From a virus (Duplodnaviria > Caudoviricetes): DNA of 64,000 nt. Positions 1-12,000 of the stretch are shown piece after piece. The first letter of the stretch is position 1. Every line of letters starts with the position of its first letter. The notes beneath the pieces are model-generated. The model was not told where the DNA came from and searched no databases. It was given only the letters and a program-made list of their open reading frames with translations. Made by a program: the position numbers and the translations under genes. Where the stretch lies: the IMG/VR virus record IMGVR_UViG_3300031994_000045, positions 1 through 64,000 of that record. One strand, written 5' to 3'.

Positions 1-3000
1 TGGCTGGCCGCGGCTGTTCCCGCGGACTGGCCGGCTCGCGCCGCCCGCGCGTCCCCGGTCCCGGCGTCCGCCACCTGGCCGAGAAGCGATTCGTCCGAGA
101 GGACTTCCTCGATCTGCCGCTTCCTCTCGAGTATCGCGTCGCGGGTCGCCTGCGAATCCTCGGGGTGCCGTTCCGGCTCGTACTCCCTGAAGTACCGTAT
201 CGCGTTCAGCAGTTCCCTGGAACGGCCCGAGATTATCGGCGTGTCGTACTTGCCCGGGTTGGCCACGAAGTCGTCGTACATCGCGTTGAACCCGGCCGGC
301 GTGCCGATATCGGTCGCGAAGTGCTTGTACATCGTCTTCCGCAGGTTGCCGAGCTCCGCCGCCATCTCCGCGTCGTTCGCGGCGTAATACAGCCCCCGCT
401 TCGACCACGTGTCCTCCGATCCCGGTATCTTCTCCTCCTGCGGATCGATCGGCTGCCCCGTCTGCCGCTGTATCAGGTTGAACCCGTGTCCAAGGACCTC
501 GTGAAACGCGGCGTCCAACTGCGAGGACGGCAAATAGGTGACCCCGCTCGTCCAGTGAGCCGCCCTGTCTTTCTTCCTGCCGCGTGCGCGGGCGATGACG
601 GAGTCCGCGTCGGAGCCCCGGACCACCGGGTCCCGCTCCGTGAAGACCTGCTTTAGCGGGTTCATCATGTCGAAGACGTAGTTGCCCGCGGATCCCTTCT
701 TGAACGTGCCGAAAACGTTCGACACGTTGCGCCCCGTCTTTCCGGACTTGTCCCTCCCGCCGGCCGCGAGCCGCTTTGCGACGACCGACTTCTGGATCTT
801 GTCCGCGTCGTCCCCGTAGAAGTAGGCCATCATGTCGTCCACGCTCGCCGCCGACTTCGGGTCGGCCAGCACGTGCGACAGGAGAGCCACGTCGTCCGGG
901 TGCTTGTATTGGCCCGTCCCCGGATACGTGGCGAACAGGTCGTCGCGCGGGTGCAGCGCCTTGTGCGCTTCCGCGACCGCACGGATCCCCGCGGCCCGGT
1001 CCGTCTCGTTGGCGATCTTCAGCTTGCGCATGTTGTCGATCGCCCTGAGGTACTTGGCTTTCTTTGGCGAGTCGCCGCCTTTGTTCGCGGCTTGGACCGG
1101 CGGCTCCTCGGGCGGCGGCTCCTCGGGCGGCGGCTCCTCGGGCGGCGGCTCCTCGGGCGGCGGCTCCTCGTCCCCGAGGTCGTAGAACCCGGCGGCCTTC
1201 GGGTTGCGCCTGAAGAACTCCAGGTCCTCCTCGGTATGGCCGCTCGACACGACCGGAATCCCGAACAGGACGTCAGGCACGTCGTCGGTCGCGAGGAAGT
1301 TCGAGAACGCCTCGCCTCCCTTGCGGTCCTGCTGGACGTCCACGGAGCGGAGCGGGCGGTAGGTCTCGTCCGCGAAGTGCCGCTCGAACAGGTCTTCCGT
1401 CAGCTCGTCCGACAGCCACGGGTCTTCGCGGGTCTTGCCGAGGAAGTCCTTGACGGCCGCCCTCACCTTCGCGTTCTTCTGCTGCGACCAGTCGACGTTC
1501 GCGTCCTTGTACTTCTTTTTGATCGACTGGAGTATGTCGCTGCGCTTGCGGTTCAGGCGATACAGCGAGCGAAGGGCGGCCTTGGCCGCGCGGGCGTTCA
1601 CCGTGTCGCGGGCGGTCCTCGGCAGCGCGTCGAAGAGCCGTATGTATTCCTGCGACGTGACCTGGCCTAGCGCCGACGAGAGGATCTCGTCCGGGTCGAG
1701 CCCGTTCATGCGGGCTTCCTTCATGACGAGCGTGCAGAGTCGCGCGAGCTTCGCCTTGTTCGACGGGAACGACCACGCGTCGTTGTGCCGCGAGTCGCGG
1801 ACGAAGTCCAGGAGGATCTTCTTGATCTCCTTCTGGGACCGCGTCTTGGACGTGCCCTGGTTGACCGGGCCCATCATGCCGAGGAATCCCGTGTCCGGAT
1901 GCCCGGCGACGGACGCGGCCGAAAACGGCAGGAACCCCGTGAGGAAGTTCGTCAACGCGTTCACGTCCGGGTCCAGGCGCATCGTGAAGACACGCTCGGC
2001 GAGGGTCAGGTCCTCGAACTTCTTTCCGAAGCTCTGCCCGCTCACGGTCCCCCATATCCCCTCGATCGTCTTCTGGAGCGGGATCGACGTCTTGCTCATG
2101 GCCTGCGACCATCCGTCCGTGAACCAGCGCCAGAACTCGTCGTTCTGCTTGCCGAAGTGCATGTACTGCCTGCGGAGCCCCGTCGTGTTCGCGTCCCTGC
2201 CGACGCCCTCGGACGCCGGGATGAGCGCGCCGATGTTCCGGCCGGCGAATCCGCCCGCCAGGGTGCCCCACCATTTCCTCGTCACGGCCGCGCCGGCGAC
2301 GGTGCCGAGGACCGTTGTCACGAACGGCCACGCCCCGCGCTTGTTCTTTATGTCCACGAGGGTGGACCCTTGCCCGGCGGCGGCGCCGGCGGCGGCGCCG
2401 GCGGCGGCGCCGGCCAGACGCATCCACCACGGCCCCCTTGCCGCCAGCGCTCCTATCGCGGCCCCCGCGGCGCCGGTGCCCCACGCCGCCGATCCGTCCG
2501 TGCGCCCGAGCAGGCGCGTGATCGGCGTGACGTCGAACGCGAGGGATCCGACCTTGGACTCGTTGAAGAAGCAGAGCCACGGCATGTCGTCGATGCCGAG
2601 CGGGTCCTTGTCGTCCTTGTCGTCGGGGTCTCCGACGGCGCCCGACTTCACGAGCGCCGTGGCGAGCGCCTTGATCCCCAGCTGCAGGAAGACCGGGACG
2701 CCGATTTTTATGATCCCAAGCATCCTCAGCCAGCGGATGAACGCGCGCTTCCTCGACGCTTCCGTCGTATGGTGCCCGCCGAACAGCAGGTCCGTCACGA
2801 CCTCGCCGGTGCCGGCCACCCACGCGCCGAGCGTCCACTGGTAGGAGAACATCCCGAGCCGCAGCAGCTGCTGCATCCCGGGGGTGAGGAACGCGTAGCG
2901 CTCCGGCTGGATGCCGCCGATCTCGGCGTTTATGTACGCGGAGTGCCTCCGGAGCTCCCGCACGGGGTCGAACGGACGGCCGGCCTTCTCGCATTCCTCG

Positions 3001-6000
3001 CGGAGACGGAACATGGTCTGCGCGACCACGGCCATCTTCACGCCGTTGAGGACGTTGGAGAACGCGTATTCGCCCGGGTTGTGGAACGCGGCCTTCATCG
3101 CCGAACGGACTTCCTTCGCCATCTTCGTGTGGCCTTCCGCCGCCAGCCAGCGGCTGATGCGGTCTATGTCCGCGTCGATCGCGCCCTGCCGGTTCGTGAG
3201 GGGGTTCATGACGGAGTCCGTGAGCGGCATGTTGATCATGTCGCAGAGTTCGCGCATGTACCGTATCGACGGGTCGTCGGACGTGATCGAGTTCAGGAAG
3301 TCCGCGAGGTACGGCAGGTTCTTCCTGAAACCGAGGAACTCCCCGACCTTCGTGCCCGCGAGCCGCCGCGCGAGCTCGGCCGTGTTCTTCCGGTAGCCCA
3401 TCGCCGTGTTCCAGAACCCGCACGCCGCGACCGGCGACTCGAACCTGGTCGCGAACGCGAAGAACGCCGAAAGCCCGACGGACGCCGCCTTCGAGTACGA
3501 CACCGCCCGGTCCAGCACGCGGTGCCCGGCCCACACGGTCGGGGCCTGCACCGACCCGAACAGCTGCCGCAGGTAGCCCTCGGCCTCGCTCCCGTTCGGG
3601 CGCATGATCCGCTCGCTCGCGAACTTCGTGAGTATGTTCACGTCGTCGCTCGCGCTGTCGTCCGCGCACCAGATCTCGTCGAAGAGGCCGCGCGCCCCGA
3701 TCTCGTCCGGCGGCAGGAGATGGTAGCGCGCCCTGGCGTCGTCCTTGGACTTGGCCTTCGCGAGCGCGCCGGCCGCGGTCGCGATCGTCTGCATGTTGGC
3801 GAACCCCGACTTGCCGGCGTCGTACTTGACCATCCCCTCGACGGACCGCAGCCTGTCGAGGACGAACCTCGCCGTCGCCTGCCAGAACTCGTCGGGGAAG
3901 AGCCCCTGGGAATCCTCGGACGGCTTGACGACGAAGTTCGGCGCGCCGTCCGTGCCGACCGTGGTCAGCATCTGCGCGAGGCAGCCCCGGAACCGCTCCG
4001 CGTGCGTGATGGACTCCGCCATCGACCGGAGGCGCTCCGTCGCGGACTTGGAGGATCCGAGCCTGCCCTGCGTCCGGAACATGTCCTGCTCGGACATGGA
4101 GCAGATCCTGCCGCGGACGGCCATGTCCGCCTCCTGGTCGTCCATGATCTTCTGCTGGAGCTGCCCGTGCAGGTGGTACACGTCCACGAGGTCCTGCCCG
4201 CCGTAGCCGCATCCTCCTTCGTCGTAGGCCATGGTGAGCGGGGTGTGCCCGGGGTCGCCCGGGTGCTGGGCCTCCGTGACGACGTGCGCCGTGATGATGT
4301 CGAAGACGAGCCGGTCGAACTCGAACACCGTCATGTCGGGACGGATGTCGAACCCGTAGATGCTGCTCGTGTTCGCCTTCGTGTACTGCCCGGCCAGGAT
4401 CTGCTTGAGGAAGCCCTCGACGTCCGCCACGCGGCGGCCGAGCCCGAGGACGCGGCCGAGGTACATGAGCTGCCTGTTCGAGATGTTGGCGAGCTGCCCG
4501 TCGCTCCCGCGCTCGAACGCGCGCAGGTTCCCGAGGATCTCCCTCTCCTCCCTCTGCTCCATGCGCCCGTCCGCGTTCCGCACGTAGTACCGGTGCGTGA
4601 CCTCCTTCGAGTGGCTCTTCAGCGTGTCCTGCAGCGCGGCGAACTTGTTCCTCAGGTATTCGTCCGTGGAGATCTCCCCGCGGAACAGCTCCCTCGCGTT
4701 CTTCAGCTTGTCTACGATGGCCTGGTGGTGTCCGGTGCCCGCCTCGAACCAGAGGCCCTGCGCGCGTCCCGACAGCGCGCGTCCGGCGTCGGACTCCGAG
4801 AGCCACCTCGACCGCCCCGCGATCCTGTTGAGCCTGTTGGCCTCCGCGGCGACGACCTCCGCGAGGTAGTCCATGTCGAGGAGCTCCGCGCGCCGGCCGC
4901 CGTTCCTGATTAGCTCCGTCCGGTAGGAGTCCTCGGACTCCCATGCGCGCTTCACCTCGGAGGCGGGGACCACGAGCACGACGCGGTGGGTCGCCGGGGA
5001 CTCGTCGGCGAGCCCGGCTTCCTTCAGGATCTTCGTGACGCGCTGGTGGAAGTCGGCGTCGCCGATGCTCACGCCCGCGGTCCTTGTCCGCCCGACGTCG
5101 TGGAACGCGTTCAGGATCTGGACGTAGATCCCGTCCGCCCTAAACGCCTTCCTCTTCGCGTCCCACCCGAGCACGGACCACGGTATGCCCTCGAGCATCC
5201 GGTTGAGGAGCTGGTCGAGGTTCGACGGGCGCCCGGCGCTCGCCACGTGCCCGTAGAGGCGGTTGAACACCGCGTCCGGAGAGTACGCGTGGCCCTCCGC
5301 CGTGGCCGAGGCCATGTCTCCTTCGGCCTCCCCGGCGGCCTCCAGCACCGACTTGAGGATCCTCCGGTCGACGTACGGGATGTCGTAGCCCGTGTACACG
5401 CCGTGCCCGTTGGCCATGCAGGCGACCGTCTGCGACACGAAGTGGACGAGGTTCACGTCCTCCTTCGTCATGGCGCGTCCGGCGGTCTTGGCCGCGAAGT
5501 TCACCAGCCCGAGGAGGATCCCCCGCACTCCCGCGACCTTCTTCACGGAATGGCGATGCCTTTCCTCCACGGTGAACAGGCCTTCCTGGCCCCCCTCCCC
5601 GAAGCCCAGGTCCGACGTGCCTTCCTCTATCTGGTTGGGCGACTCGCCCGGCATGCAGTTCGCCGCGAGGTAGAAGTCGATCATGTTCGCGACGCGGTTC
5701 GTCTCCTCGGTGGCCGCGTTCAGGGACACGTCCGTCATCATGTCGCGGAACGACCCGCCGTAGAACTGCTTTTGGAGATCCGACGCCTGCCACGAGCCGG
5801 GCAGCTGGAGTATGAGCTGCGGCGTCAGGTCGGGCTCCAGGACGCCCTCGGCCGGAGGGACCGCGAGCGGAACCTCCTGCGTCGGCGCTTCCCGCGTCGG
5901 GATCGTCGCGTCCTCCCCCGGCGCCGGCTGGTCCATGCCGTTCTCCCGCACGAACCTCCGCACGACCTGGGCGACGCCGAGCGCCTTCGCGGCCGCGTCG

Positions 6001-9000
6001 ATCGCGTCCTGCACGAACCGCGACGAGAAGTCCAGCGTCCCGTTGCTGAAGCCGAACGCCTTGCCGGGCTCGTACCGGACGGACCCGTCCGCGTTCCTGT
6101 GCATGGTGGCCGCGCCCGTCATGTACTGGAGGATGTATCCGAAATAGTTCGACGCGGCCTGCTCCTCCGTCCATCCGCGCCGGTCCGAAAGTCCCCAGAA
6201 CGACGGGATCATGCGCTTCAGGGGCTCGCCGTTCATGACGGCCGTGACGAATCTCACGACGTCCCGCGCCCTGTGCCTGCAGGCCTCGGCCTGGAGCTCG
6301 AACCGCTTCGCGTCGCTCTCCACGTCTGCGGGAACGTCTCCGTCCGGGAACCTGGCGCGGGCCGCTTTCGCGCGCGCCTCGAGGTCCTCGGCGGCCTTCA
6401 TGAACCAGTCCCGCGACGCTTCCGCGCGGCCGCGGCAGAACTTCGTCCACTCCGACGGAAGGACCCCGGCGAGCATGTTGCCCATCACGTAGTCGGCCGA
6501 CGCGAACTGGGCGGGGGACGACGGGACGTCTTCCGGCGTCCCGTATTCGTTCTCGGCCTTGCGCCGGACCGAATACTCGTGCACGAGCCTGACGACGAAG
6601 CCGGCGATCTTCTCGTCCGACATGAGCTGCCGGCCGAGGTCGTTCAGTGACTTCGTCCCGTCCTCCGCGTAGTCCCAGACGTCCAGCCCGAGCAGGTCGC
6701 ACACGTGCCCGAGGAGCCGGTGCGCGGTGTATGCCATGAGCTCGAAGTCCGGCCCGTCCGCCTCCCCTACGTCGGCCTTGTCCCTGAACTTCGCCACGGC
6801 CTCCGCGATCCCCGCGAGCTCCCCGCCCGCCGGGCTGCCCACGCGCTCCAGCGCCTCCCTGAACAGGAGGGACACGCGGTCTCCGACCGGGACGGACGGA
6901 TCCGATATCCGCTGGGCCAGCGTCGGGCCGGAGGGTTCCTCCGCGGGCGGCACCGGAGGCTCCTCCTTGCGGCCGAGCATGTCTCCCATGACGGCGTCGA
7001 ACGTCGTGCGGTTCTCCGGCTTCCTGCCGTCCCTGACGAACTTCGAGGCGGCAGCCTTCACCTCGTCGAACCCGCAGGCTCCCGCGCGGAACTCGGCGAC
7101 CAGCCCCGCGAGGTCCGTTCCGTCCGCCCCGATCTCCCCCTCCATCCGCTCCCACCTGTCGGGCGCGCCGAAGTCCACCTTTTCGCCGAGGAGCAGCTTC
7201 TCGAGCTTCTTCTCCTGCCCCGCGTCGAAGTCCAGGACCTCCTTCGCGTCGCGGCTCGAGAAGTCGGCCGAGATCATCATCTTCATGAACACCGGGACGC
7301 CCCGGGCGTCGTACGCGAGAGCGCAGGACAGGTACGCCTGCGCGGTCCTCCTGAACTTCTCGAACGTCCTCTCCGGGTCTCCGACCCCGGCGGCCAGGAG
7401 CTTGCCCCGGACGGTCCGCGCCTTGTCCCCCGTCACGTAGTCGGCGAACGCGTCCGCGGCCGCCTCCTCGTCGAAGCGGCCGTCGGCCGTCCGGTACTTC
7501 TTCAGCAGCGCGGCCTCGTCCTCGGCCGTGCAGACGCCGGTCTTGCGGTAGAAGTCCAGCATCTGGTGGAAGTACTCGTGGAAGAGGGTGTGGTAGGACG
7601 AGACGTCCGACAGCCTGATGACGCCCGAGAGGGCCATGAGGGCCCTCGTGCCGAGATACTTCTCGGCCTTCGCCGACGTGCCCTTCACGCGGAGCCCCGC
7701 GGCGTTCGCCATCGCGACGCGCTCCTCCTCGGTCAGGGACAGCAGTTGCTCCATCGTCATCTTCTGCCCGGCGCCGTCGTTCACGGCGTTGAGGATGGCC
7801 TGGTTGTAGTTGGCGTTGTTCGCCTTCATCGCGAGGAAGTCGCCGTAGGAAACGTACGTCACGACCTCCTTCGTCTCGGCTTGCCCGTTCTCCTCGACCT
7901 TGACCTTGCGCGTGATCCTCAGGAGGTTGGACGGGACGCCGTTCCCGCCGACGACCCGCTCGACCTTGCAGCCGGTCTCCTTCGACCAGTCCCCGAACAC
8001 GCGCTCGAGCGCGGCGCGGATGTTGGCCTCCGGGTTCGCGAAGAACCTGTCCTTGTCCTCGGGATGCTTCCCCTCGAGGAACGAGAACAACCCCGTCCGC
8101 CGCAGGCGCGTCGCGGCGAACGACGGATCGGCGACGCCGGACCGGATCGACGGGACGTCCAGCGCCGTCGCGGCGTGGGTCCGCACGAAGTCCTCCAGCT
8201 TGTCCCGCATCAGCGGGCTCGAGATCCGCGACAGCGCGTCGCCTCCGTCGAACGCCGCGCTCTGCGCCCACTCGGAGAACTGGCTCCCGTAGTCGGTCCA
8301 CGCCCGCTCGAGCACCTCGTCGATGGCCAGCCCGTAGTTGAGCAGCTCTCGCTTCCTCGCCTGGGCCCCGTGCCCGCCGGCGGGGGTGGCGGCGACAGTG
8401 CTTTCGCCGTACCTCCCCGTACGCATGCCGCGGGCGCGCCTGCCGAACTCCGTGAGGTCCCAGGAGAACGCCTTCGTCTCGTTGCGCGGGTCCGCGAGCC
8501 ACGCCGCCATCTTCTTGTCTGCCGCGAACGCCGCGAGCTTCTCCGACACGAAGTCGTTCACGGCCTCCTCGATCGTGAAGAACTCCCCCGACGGGCCCCT
8601 GAACCGGACGCCCTTGATCGACGTCTGCGGACGGAGCTTGTGGCTCTCGCCCTCCATGTACGCCGACACGATCCTCCGCCGGCCGGGGCCCCCGGGCGCG
8701 AAGCGCCCGTCGCGGACGGACGTGTCCCTGTGGATGGCGTGCGGCGACGTGTATTCGGCGCGCGCGATGTAGTGCAGGACGGAGAATGGGGTGACGAGCC
8801 GCTGCGTCGCGGGGTGGTCCAGGTCCTCGCGCGTCACGTCCGGCATGCCGGACAGCGCGGCCACCCTGCGGGCCAGCCGCAGGTCGAGGTCGGCATACGC
8901 GCTTCGGCGCGCGAACAGGTTGTATCCTGCGGCGCCCCTCGGGACCATGCAGAGCTGGCGCAGCACGGGATTCTGCGTGACCGCCGCGCCCCACCGCTCC

Positions 9001-12000
9001 CACTCGTCCACCCTGCTTCCGAACATGGCGGACACGTTGCCGCGGGCGTTCGAGTCCCGCGCGGGGTCGAACTCCTCGTTCGCGCACATCGAGAGCTGGA
9101 TGCAGGCCGCGAGCTCGGCTCCGGTGAACGTCGTCCCCCCGTGGCTGCACACCACGTCCTTCCTCGCCGCGAGCTCGTTGTACCCGGCCCGGAGGACCTT
9201 CGCCGCGTCCGCGCTCGCGCGGAGGACGAGCGACACCTCGTTATGCTCGCCGACCTTGACTTCCTCGCCGGTTTCCGGGTCCGTCTCCGTTATGTCGCGG
9301 GTGTCTGTGCGGAGCATGGTGAGCATGTCGACGACGTTCTGGGACATCCCCGCGGCCGTCCCCTTGTTCAGGGCCGACTCCACGAGGCCCTTCAGCGCCT
9401 TGGCGAACGACGGGTACTTGTCCTCGACCAGCTTCCGGTACGGGGCGTCGCCGAACTTCACGACGCCCGCGCGCACGCAGCCGAGCAGGTGGGACAGGTT
9501 CAGCCGGTTCGCCTGGATGGTGCCGAGGTCCGCGTAGTCGGCCGCGAACTCCCGCGCGACCGCGAACAAGACGGCCTCGTCGTTCGCGGGGTTCCCGTCC
9601 GAGTCCGCCACGGACATCGGCCGCTGCCCGGTGCGCCCGAGGTACCACGCCCAGTCGGAGGGGTCTTCGGTCGCCTCGGCGAAGTCGGCGTCGCCGCGGA
9701 CGCTGCGGTCCGACGCGAGCGGGTTCCGGCCGGCCGCGATGTCCTCGAGCCGCAGCGCGGAGGCCAGGTAGGCGACCGACATCGCGTCGCCGGTCGCCGC
9801 GCCTCCCTCGATCGCGCGGTCCATCTTGCCGAGGAGCCCGGTCGCCCGCGACCCGCCCATGCGCAGGGCCGTGTCCGGCGAGAGCCCGTCCTCCGCCTCC
9901 AGCAGGTCGTTCAGGGCCTGGAACATGGACAGGTCCTTCTTCGCCGCGGCGAGCGCGGAGCCGATGTCCGCGGACGACAGGAACCGCAGCCCGACGGCGA
10001 CCCTCGTCGCCTGGTCGACGCCGGCCGGACGGCCCTCGTTCTTCCCCTCGAGGACGTCGGCGATCGCGAGCGCGGTCTCCTCCCCGAAGATCTCGGAAGC
10101 CGGGCGCCATCCGAAGTTGTACGCCTCTTCACGCGCCTCGGCGTCGATGAAGTCGGCTTCCGTCATGCGGAGCGCCCTCGCGATCCGCTTCATCAGCCGG
10201 TCGATGCACGTCGGGACCATGTCGCCCCTGGCCGGACGCATGCTGTCGTTCGCCGCGTCGAACCAGGAGAGCTCCTTACTCAGGCTGGGCATGCTCGGGA
10301 CTGGCTTGGAGTACCGCCCGTACTGCCCCTCGCCGATGTCGAGCCTGCCGTCCTTGACGAGCAGGACGTCCTTGAACGCCTGCTTTGCGATGCACCCGCC
10401 CTTCGTGAGGACCATCGTGTTGTACATGCCGAGCAGGGTCTTCCGCTCGTGGCCCGGCAGGAACGTGTCCCTCGTCGAATGGTCGAAGAACGCGTTGGCC
10501 TTCGCGATCAGGCTCGGAAGCGTCGTGTCCGACGCGTGCAGGTCCCTGGCGAACCCCACGAGCTTCACGAAGAACCACTTGTCGTCCCACCGCGGCCCCG
10601 TGCCGGAGCGCTTCGGCGCGTCCCGCCACGCCTTGTATTCCTCGTTCGCGTCCGAGAGGAGCCTTGCCGTCAGGCAGTTGAGCAGCCCGGCCTGCCACCC
10701 GGCGCGCGGCGCGAACAGGTCCTTGACCACGTCGAAGAGCGCGTTCGAGATCTTGTCCAGGTGCCCGATGAAGTCCTCGATCGGGCGGTACCCGTCGCGC
10801 TCCTCGTAGAGCGCGGGGGCAAGCCCGCGGACGTAGGAATCCGTGTCCGCGTAGCCCGCGAGGTGCTCGAGGGCCGCCTGGAGAGACACCGCGACGCCCC
10901 GAGCCCTGTTCGCGTCGGCCGCGCAGCCCGAGAGATACGCGGCGACGCGCGGGTCGAGCAGGTCCAGCGTCGGCATCGTGTGGGACGAAAGCTTGTCGAT
11001 GCACCGCTGGAAGACGTCGTAGTACTTCTCTCCGGCGACCTCCGACTCGTCGACGCCGAGGACCTGGGCCGCAAGCGCCGCCGCCTGCCCTCCCGACTTC
11101 ATCTCGACGTCGCCCGAGACGACCTTCGTCCCGACGGGGCTGCGTCCGGCGAGCCCGTAGTCCGGGATCGTCCTGTCCCCCGCCATCGCGTTCACGTCCC
11201 TCGCCCCGAACTCGTCCTGCGTCTCGTTCGGCATGAGCCTGTAGTTGTCGATCTCCTCCTGGAGCAGCACGTTGCCGATGAGCTCGCGGAAGCGCCTGGA
11301 GGGCTTCACGATCTCCAGCCCGTCCTCGGTCGTCTCCGTCTCGAAATACTGGGGGAACCGCGTCCGGAGCAGGTTGACCGTGTCCTCGGCCCCGAGGAAC
11401 CTCTCCAGGTCGTCCGCCCCGGCGTCTTTGAGGCGGGCCGCGATCGTGGCGTGGATCTGGTCCAGTATCTCGCGGTCGTGCCGGTCGAGCCCCTTCCCGG
11501 ACATGACGGTGCCGGTCGTCGAGTCGCCGTCCGTGTCGGACCCCTGCGAGGAGTTCATCAGCGGAGGAAGGATGTACAGCGCGTGCTCGTCCACCTGCCC
11601 CGACGCCCGGTCGAACAGGACCGGGGCCTGGACGCGGATGAGGCCGCCCGCCGACTCGAAGTTCCCCGACGGACGCCGGTCGCCCGCGAAGAACGCGCCG
11701 CCGAGATAGATCGTGCGCGCCCCGTTCTTGTCCATTTTCTTCTGCGCGTCCCCGCGGAACTCGAACGCGGCGAGGTCGAACCTGTCGCCGCCGTACCGCT
11801 TCCCGAGGAACAGGTCGGAGAACGAGACCTTCATGAGGTCGCACGACGGGTTCTCGTTCAACGTCTTCCCCGTGTAGTCGGTGAACGCGGCACCCAGCGT
11901 CTTGGCCATGGCCGCCTTCACCTTCCTGTTCCGCATCCGGTCGAACGCCTCGATGTACGCGGCGAGGTACGCGACCGTCTCCATGTCCTCGTCGGCCGGT

